Shown here in pieces: positions 37,784 to 51,478 of a DNA stretch of 64,000 nucleotides. Origin of the DNA: the human T2T-CHM13v2.0 reference genome, Homo sapiens. A program made the position numbers and the translations under genes. Position 1 is the first letter of the stretch. Each line of letters opens with the position of its first letter. The DNA lies in the NCBI RefSeq assembly GCF_009914755.1, contig NC_060925.1; one strand, written 5' to 3'. The notes beneath the pieces are model-generated. The model was not told where the DNA came from. It saw only the letters and a program-made list of their open reading frames with translations, and ran no database searches.

Positions 37784-40720
37784 CAGCAAACAGAAACAGT
37801 TTGACCTCTTCATTTCCAATTTGGATGCCCTTTATTTTTTTTCTCTTGTCTGATTGCTCTGGCTAAGACTTCCAGTACTATGTTGAATAGAATTGATATA
37901 AGTGAGTATCCTTGTTTTGTTCCAGTTCTTGGGGAAAGGCTTTCAACTTTTTGACATTCAGTATTATGTTGGCTGGGGGTTTGTTATACATGGCTTTTAT
38001 TACTTTGAGGTAAGTCCCTTCTATGCCTATTGTGTTGAAAGGTTTTATCATAAAGGGATGCTGGATTTTATCAAATGATTTTTCTGCATCGATTGATATT
38101 ATCCTGTAATTTTTGTTTTTAATTCTTTTTATGTTAGGTATCACATTTATTAACTTGCATATACTAAATCGTCCCTTCATCTCTAGGGTGAGACCCACCT
38201 GATCATGATGAATTATCTTTTTGATGTGCTGTTGGGTTCAGTTAGCTACGATTTTGTTGAGCATTTTTGCATCTCTGCTCATCAGCGATATTGGTATGTA
38301 GGGTTTTTGTTTGTTTGTTTTTGTTGTTGTTTGTTTGTTTTGAGATGGAGTTTCACTCTTGTTGCCCCGGGTGGAGTGCAATGGCGTGATCTCGGCCCAC
38401 TGAAACCTCCGCTTCCCGGATTCAAGTGATTCTTCTGCCTCAGCTCCCCTGTGTAGCTGGGATTACAGGCATGCACCACCATGTCCGGCTAATTTTGTAC
38501 TTTTAGTAGAGACGGGGTTTCTCCATGTTGGTCAGGCTGGTCTCAAACTCTTGACCTCATGTGATCGGCCTGCCTCGGCCTCCCAAAGGGCTAGGATTAC
38601 AGGCTAGTTTTCTTTTTCTTTTCTTTTCTTTTCGCTATTTTTTTTTCCTGATTTTGGTTTTAGGGTGATACTGGCTTCATACAATGATTTACATGGGATT
38701 CCTTCTTTCTCTATGCTTTAGAATAGTTTCAGCAGGAATAGTAGCAAGTCTTCTTTGAAGGCTTGGCAGAATTCTGCTGATTGTATACCTAGAAAACGCT
38801 AAAGACTCATCCAAAAAGCTCCTAGATCCGATAAACAAATTCAGTAAAGTCTCAGGATATAAAATCCATATACACAAATCAGTAGTTCTGTTCCACATCA
38901 ACAATGACTAAGCTGAGAATCAAATGAAGAACTCAATCCCATTTACAACAGCTGCAAAAAAATAAAATTAAATACTTAGAAATATACTTATCCAAGGAGG
39001 TGAAAGATCTCTCCAAGGAAAACTACAAAACACTGCTGAAAGAATCGTAAATGACACAAACAAATGGAAACACACCCAATGCTAATGGATGGGAAAAATC
39101 AGTATTTTGAAAATGACCACACTGCCAAAAGCAATCTACAGACTCAATACAATTCCCAACAAAATACCATCATCATTCTTCACAGAACTAGAAAAAACAA
39201 TTCTAAAATTCGTATGGAACCAAAAAAGAGCCAGAATAACCAAAGCAAGACTAAGCAAAAAGAACAAAGCTGAAGGCATCGCATTACCCAACTTCAAATT
39301 GTACTGAAAGGCTATGGTTACCAACACAGCATGATACTGGTATAAAAATAAGCATGTGGACCAGTGGAACAGAATAGAGAATCCATAATTAAAGCCGAAT
39401 ACTTAACAGACAACTGAACTTCATCAAAGCATTCCAAAACATAAATTGGTGAAAGGACACCCTATTCAATAAACAGTGCTGGAAAAACTGGCAAGCCACA
39501 TGAAGAAAAATGAAACTGGATTAATTTATCTCACCTTATACAAAAAGTACATGCAAGGTAGATCAAAGACTTAAATCTAAGACCCGAAGTCATAAATTTA
39601 TAGAAGACAGCATTGGAAAAACTCTTCTGGACATTGACTTAGGTAAAGATTTCATGACTGAGACCTACAGAGCAAATGCAACAAAAACAAAAATAAATAA
39701 ATCTGACTTAATTAAACTAAAAAGCTTCTGCACAGCAAAAGTAGTAATCAGCAGAGTAAACAGACAACCCACAGTGTGGGAGAAAATATTTTCAAACTAT
39801 GCAACCAACATAGTTTGTTTGTTGTATCCAGAATCTACACGGAACTCAAATAAATCAGCAAGAAAGAAACAATACCATCAAAAAGTGGGCAAAGAACATG
39901 AATAGACATTTCTCAAAAGATCCACACATGAAAAAATTCTGAACGTTACTAATCATCAGGGAAATGCAATTAAAACCACAATGAGATACTACCTTATTCC
40001 TCCAAGAATGGTTATTATAAAAAGTCAAAAAAACAATAGATGTTGTTGTGGAGGTGGTAAAAAGGGAACAATTTACACTGCTGGTGGGAATGTAAATTAC
40101 CACCTCGAATCCTTGAAGAACTAAAGGTAGAACTACTATTTGATCCAGCAATCCCACTACTGGATATGTAAAAGGAAAAGATGTCATTATATGAAAGAGG
40201 CAGATGCACGTGCATGCTTATAGCAGCACAACTCACAATTGCAAAGAAATGGAAGCAACCAAACTAAGTGCCCACCAACCAATTAATGGATAAAGAAAAT
40301 GTGATATACATATACCATAGAATACTACACAGGCATAAAAAAGGAACAAAATGATGTCTTTTGGATGCAACTTGGATGGAGCTGGAGGCCATTATTCTAA
40401 GGGAAGTAACTCAACAATAAAAAATTGGATGGAGCTGGAGGCCATTATTCTAAGTGAAGTAACTAAAGAATAAAAAATCAAATACATGTTCTCACTTGTA
40501 AGTAGGAGCTAAGCTATGAGGATGCAAAGGCATAAGAATGATATAAGAGACTGGAGACTCCGGGTGAAAGCCTGGGATGGGAGTGAGGGATAAAAGATTA
40601 CATATTGGGTACAATGGGCACTGCTTGAGTGACAGGTGTACTAAAATCTCAGAAATCACCACTAAAGAACCTATCTATATAATAAAAAACACCTATACCC
40701 CAAAAACTATTGAAAGAAAA
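37784..40720 (+). mobile_element. L1PB-type element with 5' inversion
   Basis: Antisense ORF2 segment 37784-~38779, then sense ORF2/3'UTR ~38778-40720 with an L1PB-type 3'UTR (gctaagctatgaggatgcaaaggcataagaatgata). Flanking duplication AGAAAA(A/TA)ATTGATGTT at 37769-37783 and 40715-40731. Confidence 0.9.
38304..38603 (-). mobile_element. AluSp, slightly 5'-truncated
   Basis: Sp diagnostics tttcactcttgttgccc, gcaatggc, tttctccatgttggtcagg; (TTTG)n tail. Confidence 0.92.
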
Positions 40721-40844
40721 TAATTGATGTTTACAGGCAAGCCACTACTCTAAAAACTACAGAGAAAGACAGATAGACACAGAGAATCACAGCTAACCAG
40801 GAGTAGAATCTCACATCTAGAGCTAATATTAGTAGGAATATAAC

Positions 40845-41275
40845 AAGCAACAAACAACCCCATTAAAATGTAGGCAAAGAACATGAACAGACACTTCCCA
40901 AAATAAGACATACATGAGGTCAACAAGCATATGGAAAAATGTTAAACATCACTGATCATTAGATAAATGCAAATCAAAACCACAATAAGATATAATCTCA
41001 CACATGTCAGAATACTGGTGAGGTTGCAGAGAAAAGAGTACGTATACATTGCTGATGCGACTATGAATTAGTTTAGCCATTGTGGAAAGCTGCTTGGCAA
41101 TTTCTCAAATAACTTAGAACGGAAATACTATTTGATCTAGCAATCCCATTTTTGGTTATATACACAAAGGAATATAAATCATTCTGCCATAAAGACAAAT
41201 GCACACTTATATTCATTGCAGCACTAAAATTAAAAAAAAGTAAAATAAATTAAAAAATGAAAATTAAAAAAAATA
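40845..41275 (+). mobile_element. L1PA15/16-like ORF2 3' fragment ending in an A-rich tract
   Basis: aaacaaccccattaaaa...gaatataaatcattctgccataaagaca...ttcattgcagcact followed by aaaattaaaaaaaagtaaaataaatt. Confidence 0.75.
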
Positions 41276-42354
41276 ATCAGTTAATTGCTGGAAGCAATCT
41301 AACAAGGCTAACCAAGGGTGTATGGAGAGAAAATTCAAATTTCTAAGAGCAGAAATTAAATAGGAAATTACTATATATCTCTAGGATGTTAAAACAGCAA
41401 TGAAAGAATATCATGAACTATTTTATGCCCATAAATTTGATAACCTAGCTGAAGCAGACCAATGCCTGAGAAGATACAATGTACACAGATTCACACAAGG
41501 ATAAATATGTAATATAAATAGGTGAATATCTATTTATGCAATTCAATCAACAATTAATAACTTTTCAAAATACAAAGAACCAGGCCTAGATATTTTTATC
41601 GGTGAATTCTACCAAACATTTTATGAACAAATGACACAAATCCTCTACAATGTGTTCCAGAAAATAGAAGCAGAAGGAACACTTCCTAACTTGTTCTATG
41701 AGGTCTCATTACCCAAATGCAAAAACTGACAAAGACACTACAAGAAAGGAAACTATAGACCAATATCTTTCATAAATACAGATGCAAAAATCCACAACAA
41801 AATATTTGAATCCAGTATTGCATGTAGTTATACAATAAGCATGACCAAATGGGGTTTCTCTTTGGTATACAAGGTGGACTCAACATTATAAAATCAATTA
41901 ATGTAGTTAACAATCAACAGGCTAGAGAAGAAAAATGATATAATCGTATTCACAGTTTCAGGAAAAGCACTTGACAAAATCCAACATTCGTGTTAAAAAC
42001 TCTCAGCAAACTAGAAATACCGTGGAACTCCCTCAGCTTGATAAAGAATGTCGGCAAAAAATGTATGGTATATATCATACTTAATGATGAGAAACAAGGT
42101 TCTTTGCCCCTAAGTTTGAGAAAAAGGCAAAGATATACCCTCTCACTACTACTATGCAATATCATACTAAAAGTCCTAAGGAATGAAATAAAAGAAGAGA
42201 AGAAAATAAAAGATATAAAGATTAGAGAGGAAGAAATAAAGCTGCCGTGTTTGCAGTAACATGATTGTCTATGTAGAAAATCTCAGAAAATCAACTAAAG
42301 AACTCCTAGAAGTAACAAGCTATTATAGCAAAGTTGCAGGCTAGAAGAAATGAG

Positions 42355-42875
<521 letters not shown>

Positions 42876-43601
42876 TTAAGGGCCAGTTCTTCCCAACTTG
42901 GTTTGTATATTCAATTCAATCCCAAGTAAAATTCCAAAAAGTTATTTTGTGAAAACTGATTATAAGTTCATTTGGAAAAGAAAAAGACTTAGAATGGCCA
43001 ACACAATATTGAAGAAGAAGAACGAAGTTGAAAGACTTAAACTACCGAACTTGAAGTCTTATTTTAAAAATGCAGTAATTAAGACAATCTGCTATGAGTG
43101 AAAGAATAGACAAATCAGTGGAACAAAAGAGAGAGCCTAGAATTATAACCACATATATATAGCCAACTGACAAAGGTGTAAATCCAATCCAATTGAGAAA
43201 TAATACTCATTTCAACAAATGATGATGAAACAATTGGACATCCATGTGCAAAAAAGTTAATGTAGAAACTAACCTACAGTTTTCATAAAAAAAATTCATA
43301 ATTGAACGCAGACCTAAATGTAAGTAAAATGCAAAACTATGAAACTCTTAGAAAACAACAAAGAAAATGTAAGTGACCATAGGTTTGGCTATAAGTTTTT
43401 AGATACAACACTAAAATCATAACCTATGAAAGTAAAACATGGTAAGTCAGGCATTCTTAAAATGAAAATCTTCTGCTCTGTGAAAGACACTGGTAAGGGA
43501 CTGAAAAGACCAGTCAGTCTTGGGGAAAATATTTGCACACACATATCTATTAAAAAACTTATATACAGAATATACACAGAACCCTAAAAATTCAATAACA
43601 A

Positions 43602-43880
43602 GGCCAGGTGCGGTGGCTCATGCCTGTAATCCCAGCACTTTGGGAGGCCGAGGCAGTTGGATCACGAGGTCAGGAGATCGAGACCATCCTGGCTAACACG
43701 GTGAAACCCTGTCTCTACTAAAAATACAAAAATTAGCCGGGCGTGGTGGCAGGCATCTGTAGTCCCAGCTACTCAGGCGGCTGAGGCAGGAGAATGGCGT
43801 GAACCCAGGAGGCGGAGCTTGCAGTGAGCCCAGATCGTGCCACTGCACTCCAGTCTGGGAGACAGAGCGAGACTCTGTCT

Positions 43881-43931
<51 letters not shown>
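43602..43931 (+). mobile_element. AluY with pure A50 tail
   Basis: Y diagnostics; A-run 43882-43931; TSD AAAAATTCAATAACAAG. Confidence 0.97.
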
Positions 43932-43933
<2 letters not shown>

Positions 43934-44249
43934 CAATAACAAGAAAACAAACAACATTATTAAAAATTGGGCTAAAGACCAGAACAGACACTTCACCAAA
44001 GAAGATATGCAGATGTCAAATAAGCATATAAAAAGATGCTCAACCTCATTTGTCACTAGGAATTGCAAAATAAAATGATTAGATACCACTAAATGTCTAT
44101 TGGAATAGCTAAAATCCAAAAACACTAATACCAAAGGACAGTAAGGATGTAGAACAACAAGAAATCTCATTCCTTACTGATGGGAATGCAAAATGGTACA
44201 CCAACTTTGGAGACCAGTGTAACAATTTATTTTAAAGCTAAACATAGTT

Positions 44250-47200
44250 CATTTTGTTATAGCTTTATCGAGGTATAATTGACAAACAAAAATACCTATA
44301 TATGATGTATAACATAATTTGATATACATATACATTGTGAAATGATTACCACAATCAAATTAATGAACACATTCATCACCACACATAGTCACCATCTATG
44401 TTTATATTGCTGGGGTTGGGGAGGAGGACACAAAATCTACACTCTTAATAAATCTCCAGTAAACAATACAGTATCATTAACTATAGTCATCATGCTTTAC
44501 ATTAGATCCCCAGCATTTGTTCGTCTTATAACTGAAAGTTTGTACCCTTTGACCAACATCTCCCCATTTACCCTACTGCCTCAGACCTGGCCATTGCCAG
44601 CTCCAGCTCTACTCTCTGCTTCTCTGAGATCGATTTTCATTGATTTCACTTATAAATTAGACCATGCAGTACTTGTCTTTCTACGTCTGGCTTATTTCAC
44701 TTAGGATAACATCTTACAGGTTCACCTATGGTGTTGCAAATGGCAAGATTTATTTATTTATTATTGCTGAATAAGCTTCCATTGTATATATGTACTGCAT
44801 TTTTATACATGCATCCATGAAAAGAAACAGGTTATTTCTATATATAGAATATTGTTAATACTGCAATGAACGTAAGGATTCAGATCTCTCTTAGGAATAC
44901 TGATTTCATTCTCTTTGAATGTATAAACAGAAGTGGGATTGCAGGATCATATGGTAGATTTATTTTTAATTTTTTGAGGAACCTGCATACTGTTTTCCAT
45001 GATGGCTGTACCAAGTAATATTTCCACCAATAGTGGTTTAACAACTTTTACTTCTTCACACCCTCATCAACACTTGTGACCTTTCATCTTTTTGATAATA
45101 GCCATTCTAACAAATGTGATGTAATACCTCATTGTAATTTTGACTTGCATTTCCCTGATAATCAGTGATGTTGAGCACCTTTCCATATACCTGTTGGCTA
45201 TTTTTATGTTTTTGAGGAAAGAGCTACTCCTGTCTTCCTTAGTCTGTTGGTTCCACTATAACACAATACCACAGACTGGGTGAATTATAAACAACATACA
45301 TTTATTTCTCAGGTTTCTGGAAGCGTTGAAGCCCCATATCATTGTATCAGCAGGTTTAGTGTCTGGTGAGAGCTGCTTTCTGCTTCCAAGATGGTGTCTT
45401 GCTGCTGCATCTTCTGGGGAAGAGAAACATTGTGTCCTCACAAGGTTGAAGGAATGGGAGAGCAAGATAGATAGTGCATCCTTCAACTTCAAGACATTAT
45501 GTATAGGTTCTAATCTCAAACACAAAGGCAAAGCCCTCATGACTTAAGTATCTCTCAAAGGCCGCACCTTTTAATACTGCTGTATTGAGGATTAAATTCC
45601 AATATAAATTTCGAAGGGAACACCATCATTCAAACCATAGGAATATCTCATTTAACCAGTTTTTGGTTGGATTACTTGTTTTTTGCTATTGAGTTATATG
45701 AATTTCTTGTATATTATGGATGTTAATTCCCTATCAGATATATAGTTTACAAATATGTTCTCCCATTCTATAGGCTATCTTTTCATTTTGATTGTTTCTT
45801 TTGCTGTGCAGAAAGTTTTTAGTTTAATATAGTGCTGCTTATTTATTTATTTTTGTCTTTTTGCCTGTGTTTTTGGTGTCATACCTAAAAAATCATTGCC
45901 AAAACCAATGTCAAGGAAGTTTTTCCCTGCTTTCTTATAAAAGTTTTACAATTCTAGGTCATGTTTACATCTTTAATTCATTTTGAGTTAGTTTTTATAT
46001 GTAGTGTAAAAAAGGTCTAACTCCATTCACTTCCATGTGAATATCCACTATTTACAGCACCATTTATTGAAGAAACTGATTTTTCCATTGTATCTTCTAG
46101 GTATTTTTGTCAAAAATCAGTTGACTATACATATACATGGGTTTATTTCCGGGCTCTTAATTCTGTATCATTGCCCTATGTATTCATTTTTATGCCAGTA
46201 TCATACCACTTTAATTATGATAGTTTTGTAACATAGTTAAAAATTGGAAAAAGGATGCCTTAAGCTTTTAAACTTTTCTCAAGATTGCTGTGGCTCTTTG
46301 GGGTCTTGTGTGGTTTCATATAATTTTAGGGTTTCTTTTACTTCTGTTAAAGAATGGCATAGGAATTTTGGTAAGCATTGCAATGAATCTGTGGATCGCT
46401 TTGGGTATACAGACATTTTAACATTCTTCTAATGCATGTACATAAAATATCTTTCCATTTTCCTGTGTCTCTAAAAAATTTTTTTTGAATGTCTTATAGT
46501 TTTCAGTTTATAGATCTTTCATCTCTTTGGTTGAATTTATTCTTAAGTGTTGTATTATTTTTAATGCAATTGTAAATGGGATTGTCTTCTTAATTTATAT
46601 TTGGGATAGTTGGATTTAGTGTCTAGAAATGCAACTTATTTTTGTATGTTGATTTTGTACCCTGCAACTTTACTGAATAACACTATTTAACAAATGGGTC
46701 TAATAGACAGATGTGAAATTTTCCATCCAACAGCAGTGAACAATATATTCTTCTCAAGTTCACACTGAACATTCTCCAGGAACGATCATATGTTGGGTCA
46801 CAAAAAAAGGCTTAACAAATTTAAAATTCAAATAATATTTTCTGACTACAATAGTATGAAACTAGTAATCAGTAACAGGAGGAATTTTGGAAAATCACCT
46901 ATATGTGGAAATTAAACAACACAGTCCTGAGTAACCAATGGGCAAAAGAAGAAATAAAAAGAGAAATTAAAAAGTATCTGGAGAAAAAGGAAGATACAAA
47001 TCTAACATACCAAAATTTATGGGATGAGGCAAAAGCAGTTTTGGTGGGAATCTTATGATAAATGTCTACAACATAAGTTTACACCTATAGAAATTAGAAA
47101 ACAATGGACAAACTAAACCCAAAATTAGTCAAAGAAAATAAATAATAAAGATTAGAACAAAAATAAATGAAGTAGAGTCTAGAAAGACAATAGAAATGAT

Positions 47201-48090
47201 CAGCAAAGTAGTTGTTTTTTTTTACAAGATAAACAAAATTGGCACACCTTTAGCTAGACCAACAAAAAAAGAGAGAGGACTCATATAAAAATTAGAAATG
47301 AAAAATGAGAGATTATAATGCATACTATAGAAATGCAAAAATTATAGGAGTCTATTACAAAAAAAAAACTGTACATCAAAAAATTGTATAACCTAGAATA
47401 AGTGGATAGATTTCTACAAACATACAACCTACTAAGACTGAATTATAAAGAAATAGAAAATATGAACAAATCAAAAACAAGTATGGGAATTGAATTAGTA
47501 GTGAAAAACCTATCGACAAAGACAGCTCAAAACCAGATTGCTTTTCTGGTGAATTGTACCAAGCATTAAAGGAGATTTAAGGAGAATTAATGTTAATCTT
47601 TCTCAAATTCTTTCAAAAACCTCAAAACTGCATTTTATAAGGCCAGGATTGTCCTCATATCAAAGCCAAGTAAGGACTTTAAAAGTAAAAAAACAAAGAA
47701 ACAAACAAACAAACAAAAAAACAGATATCTCTGATGAACTTAGATGAAAGAATCTTCAAAAAATATTAGCAAACTGATTTCAACAACACCTTTAAAAAAA
47801 TCAAGTGGGATTTATTCCTGGGATGCAAGTATGGCTCCATATATGCAAATTACTAGATGTGATAAACCACATTAATAGAATGAAGGACAAAAGATTGTGA
47901 TCATCTCAATAGCTATAGAAAAAGTATTTGACAAAATTCAACATCTTTTCATGATAGAAAAAATCTCAACAAATTAGGCATAGAAGGACTGTCCCTCATC
48001 ATAATAAATAATATACGTAACAAATCTACAGTTAACATCATATTCAGTGGTGAAAAGATGAGAGGTTTTTCTCTAAGATTAGGAACAAAT
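44250..48090 (-). mobile_element. L1MA8/9-type element, antisense, with inverted 5' segment
   Basis: Reversed 3' end from 44250 (agctttatcgaggtataattgacaaac) to ~46678 (cctgcaactttactgaat), then + oriented ORF2 EN-RT sequence ~46679-48090. Confidence 0.85.
45231..45642 (-). mobile_element. MSTC/D-type MaLR solo LTR nested in the L1MA
   Basis: tgtctt...ataccacagactgggtgaattataaacaac...ctgcttccaagatggtgtcttgctgctgcatc...attcaaaccatag. Confidence 0.85.
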
Positions 48091-48837
48091 TAAAGTAAAT
48101 GGGAATTATCTGTATTAGCTGCTTAATTTTTCTGTAAACCTAAAGCTATTTTTATTAAAGTATATTAATTAAATCAAAAATTATAAATGCAAATATCTGA
48201 TATGAATCATTGTCCAGAGAAACTTTCTAGGATTTACTCCTGAGATAGATCAGATTAGTCATTTGTAGGTCACATCTTGCTTTAGAATATATACTTGGAA
48301 AACACCACAGGATTAGAGTAGTCCAGTTTATAGGAAATTAATTAAGAAGCCATTTCAGAAGATGATTAGGTCTTGACTGGAATTGCATCCTTTCGCTCTG
48401 GAGAGTTTACCCCAATGAAAAACCTTGAAAAAAAAACTTGACCACATACTGTAGACTCATGTGGAATTACTAATTTAAGCAATTTTTTCCAAATAACATT
48501 AGCCTCACAAATTTCAAAACTAAAACTAAGTTGTACCTTCTGACATTTTGCATATCTATATGTATGTATATACACACCCTTGTCACGTCATAAACATACA
48601 CACACACACAGATGAATCTTGAACAACCTGCGTTTGAACTGCATGGACCCTATTGTATGCAGACTTTTAAAAATAAATATACTGGGAAAAATTTTGGAGA
48701 TTTGCAACAATTTGTTAAATCTCAGGGATAATTTTTGCTTAACTTAGGTATGTCATGAATATATGAAATATATGTAAACACCAGTATATCATTTACTATA
48801 ATAAAATATACACAATCTATTATTAAAAGTTAAAATT

Positions 48838-49140
<303 letters not shown>

Positions 49141-49477
49141 TTAAAAATTTATCAAAACTTACACAAACACAGACTGTACATGGCACCATTCACAGTGAAG
49201 AGAAATGTAAAAAGAAAGGTGCAGTTTAAACCATAATTGCATAAAATTAACTTTAGTACATACTGTACTACTGTAATAATTTTATAGTTACTTCCTGTTG
49301 CTCTTGTAGTGATCTCAAGTGTTGCAAGTATCCACTTAAAATGCCATGTGATGCTAATTAGCTCTGCATGAACAGCTTGTCTCTCCGGTAAATTGCATAT
49401 AGCAGTAAAAGGTAATCTCTTGTGATTCTTAGTTTTCATCATGTTTATTGCTATGCCATCAACCTTGAATAACACCA

Positions 49478-51250
49478 TAGGACCCATATGCAGTCTCACT
49501 AGTGATGCTGGACATGCTCCCAAGAAGCAGACAAAAGTCATGACATTACAAGAAAAAATTGAATTGCTTGACATGTGACGTAGATTGAGATCGGTAGCTG
49601 CAGTCGCCTGCCGTTTCAAGATAAATGCATCCAGCTTAAGACCATTGTAATAAAAGAAAAGAAAATGTTTGAAGCTGTCGCTGCAGCTATGCCAGCTTGG
49701 GTGTTAACCTTTCACTTTTTATAAAATATCTTTTTATCTTGTATTAAAAATGCAGCTTTTATGTGGGTGCAGAATTGCTATGACAGGCATACCTATAGAC
49801 TATAATATGATTCAAGATAAAGCAAAGTCATTATAAGACACAAAGCAAAGAGAAGGTGAAGAATCTAAATCTGGAGAATTTAATGCCAGCAAGGGATGGT
49901 TTGATAATATTAGAAAGAGATTTGGCATTAAAAATGTCAAGATGACAGAAGCAGCTTCTGCTGACGAAGGAGCAGCAGATGAATTCTCAGATGCCATTAA
50001 AAAAGAAAAAAAAAGAAAACCATTAAGAAGAAATAATATCTGCCTACACAGGTTTATAATGCAGACAAACGCGCCCTATTTTGGGGGAAAAATGCCACAA
50101 AGACATTCATTGGTAAGAAAGAGAAGTTAGCACAAAGATTTAAGTCAGGAAGGGATAGAGGCTAACTCTACTGTTTTGTGAAAAGGCAGTCAGATTTATG
50201 ATCAGAACGGTCTACAAAGCCTCTAACCCCCAATCCTTGAAGGGAAAAGACAAATATCAACTGCTAATATTTTGGTTTTACAACAAGACGGTGTGGACAA
50301 TGAGAGCTCTTTTTCTAGACTGGTTCTATTGATGCTTTATCCCTGAAGTCAGGAAGTACCTTGCCAATAAAGGACTGCCTTTTAAATTTATTTTGATATC
50401 AAAAACTTCCCATGGTCACCCAAAACCCAATGAGTTCTATATGAAAGCTACCACATTGATCTACCTGCCCAAAATACAATGTGATTAATTCAGCCTCCAA
50501 ATGACTGGGTCACTGGAACCTTTAAATATAATTATATGTGGTAGTCTATGGAAATAATTGTCAATGCTATAGAAGAGAACCTTGATAAAGAGAAGATAAT
50601 GAAAGTCTGGAAAGATTACACCATTGAAGATGCCATCACTTTTATAGAGGCAGTTGTGAAGGCCATCAAGCCTGAAAAAAATTAATTCTTGCTGGAGAAA
50701 ACCTGTGTTCAAATGTTCTGCTTGACTTCACAGGATTCACAACAGAGCCAGTCAAGGCAGCCATGAAAGAGATTATGCATATGGCAAAAAGGGTGAGGGC
50801 TGAAGGGTTTCAAGTTATAGATCTTGGAGAAATTCAAGAGCTAATAGACACCACAACAGAGGAATTAATAGAAGATGACTTGATGAAGATGAATGCTCAG
50901 AAAACAAATTGACATTCGAATATCTGGCGGAAGGACTCTAAGTACTCAAGACTGCTTTTGACTTCTTTTATGACATGGACCTATCTATGATAAAGTTACT
51001 GAAACTAAAGCAAATGGTGGGAGAACTGGTATTGTTTAGAAACATTTTTAGAGAAACAAAAAAGCAAAACAGTCAGACCAAGATTACTATGTATTTTCAT
51101 AAAGTTAAACCAAATGTACCTGCCTCTCCTACCTCACCTTCGACCTTTTCCACCTCTTTCAACTCTGCCACTCTTGAGATGGAAAGACCAAGCTCTCTTC
51201 TTCACCATCCTCCTTAGCTTACTTAAGGTGAAGATGATGGAGGTAAAGAC
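49478..51250 (+). pseudogene. Disrupted Tigger2 transposase (CENP-B-type HTH + DDE) remnant
   Basis: APKKQTKVMTLQEKIELLD and EFNASKGWFDNIRKRFGIKNVKMTEAASAD peptides; start codon mutated, multiple stops and frameshifts. End approximate. Confidence 0.8.
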
Positions 51251-51478
51251 CTTTGTGATGATCCACTTTCACTTAATAAATAGTAAAAACGTTTTCTCTA
51301 CTTTATGATTTTCTTAATAACATTTTCTTTTCTCTAGATTATTTTATTATAAGAGTACAGTATATAAATATAGGTTAATTGTTTACATTATTGGTAAGGT
51401 TTCTGATCAAAAGAGGCTTTTAATAGTAAAGTTTTAGGGGAGTCAGAAGTTATACATGGATAGTTGACTGAGCAGGAG

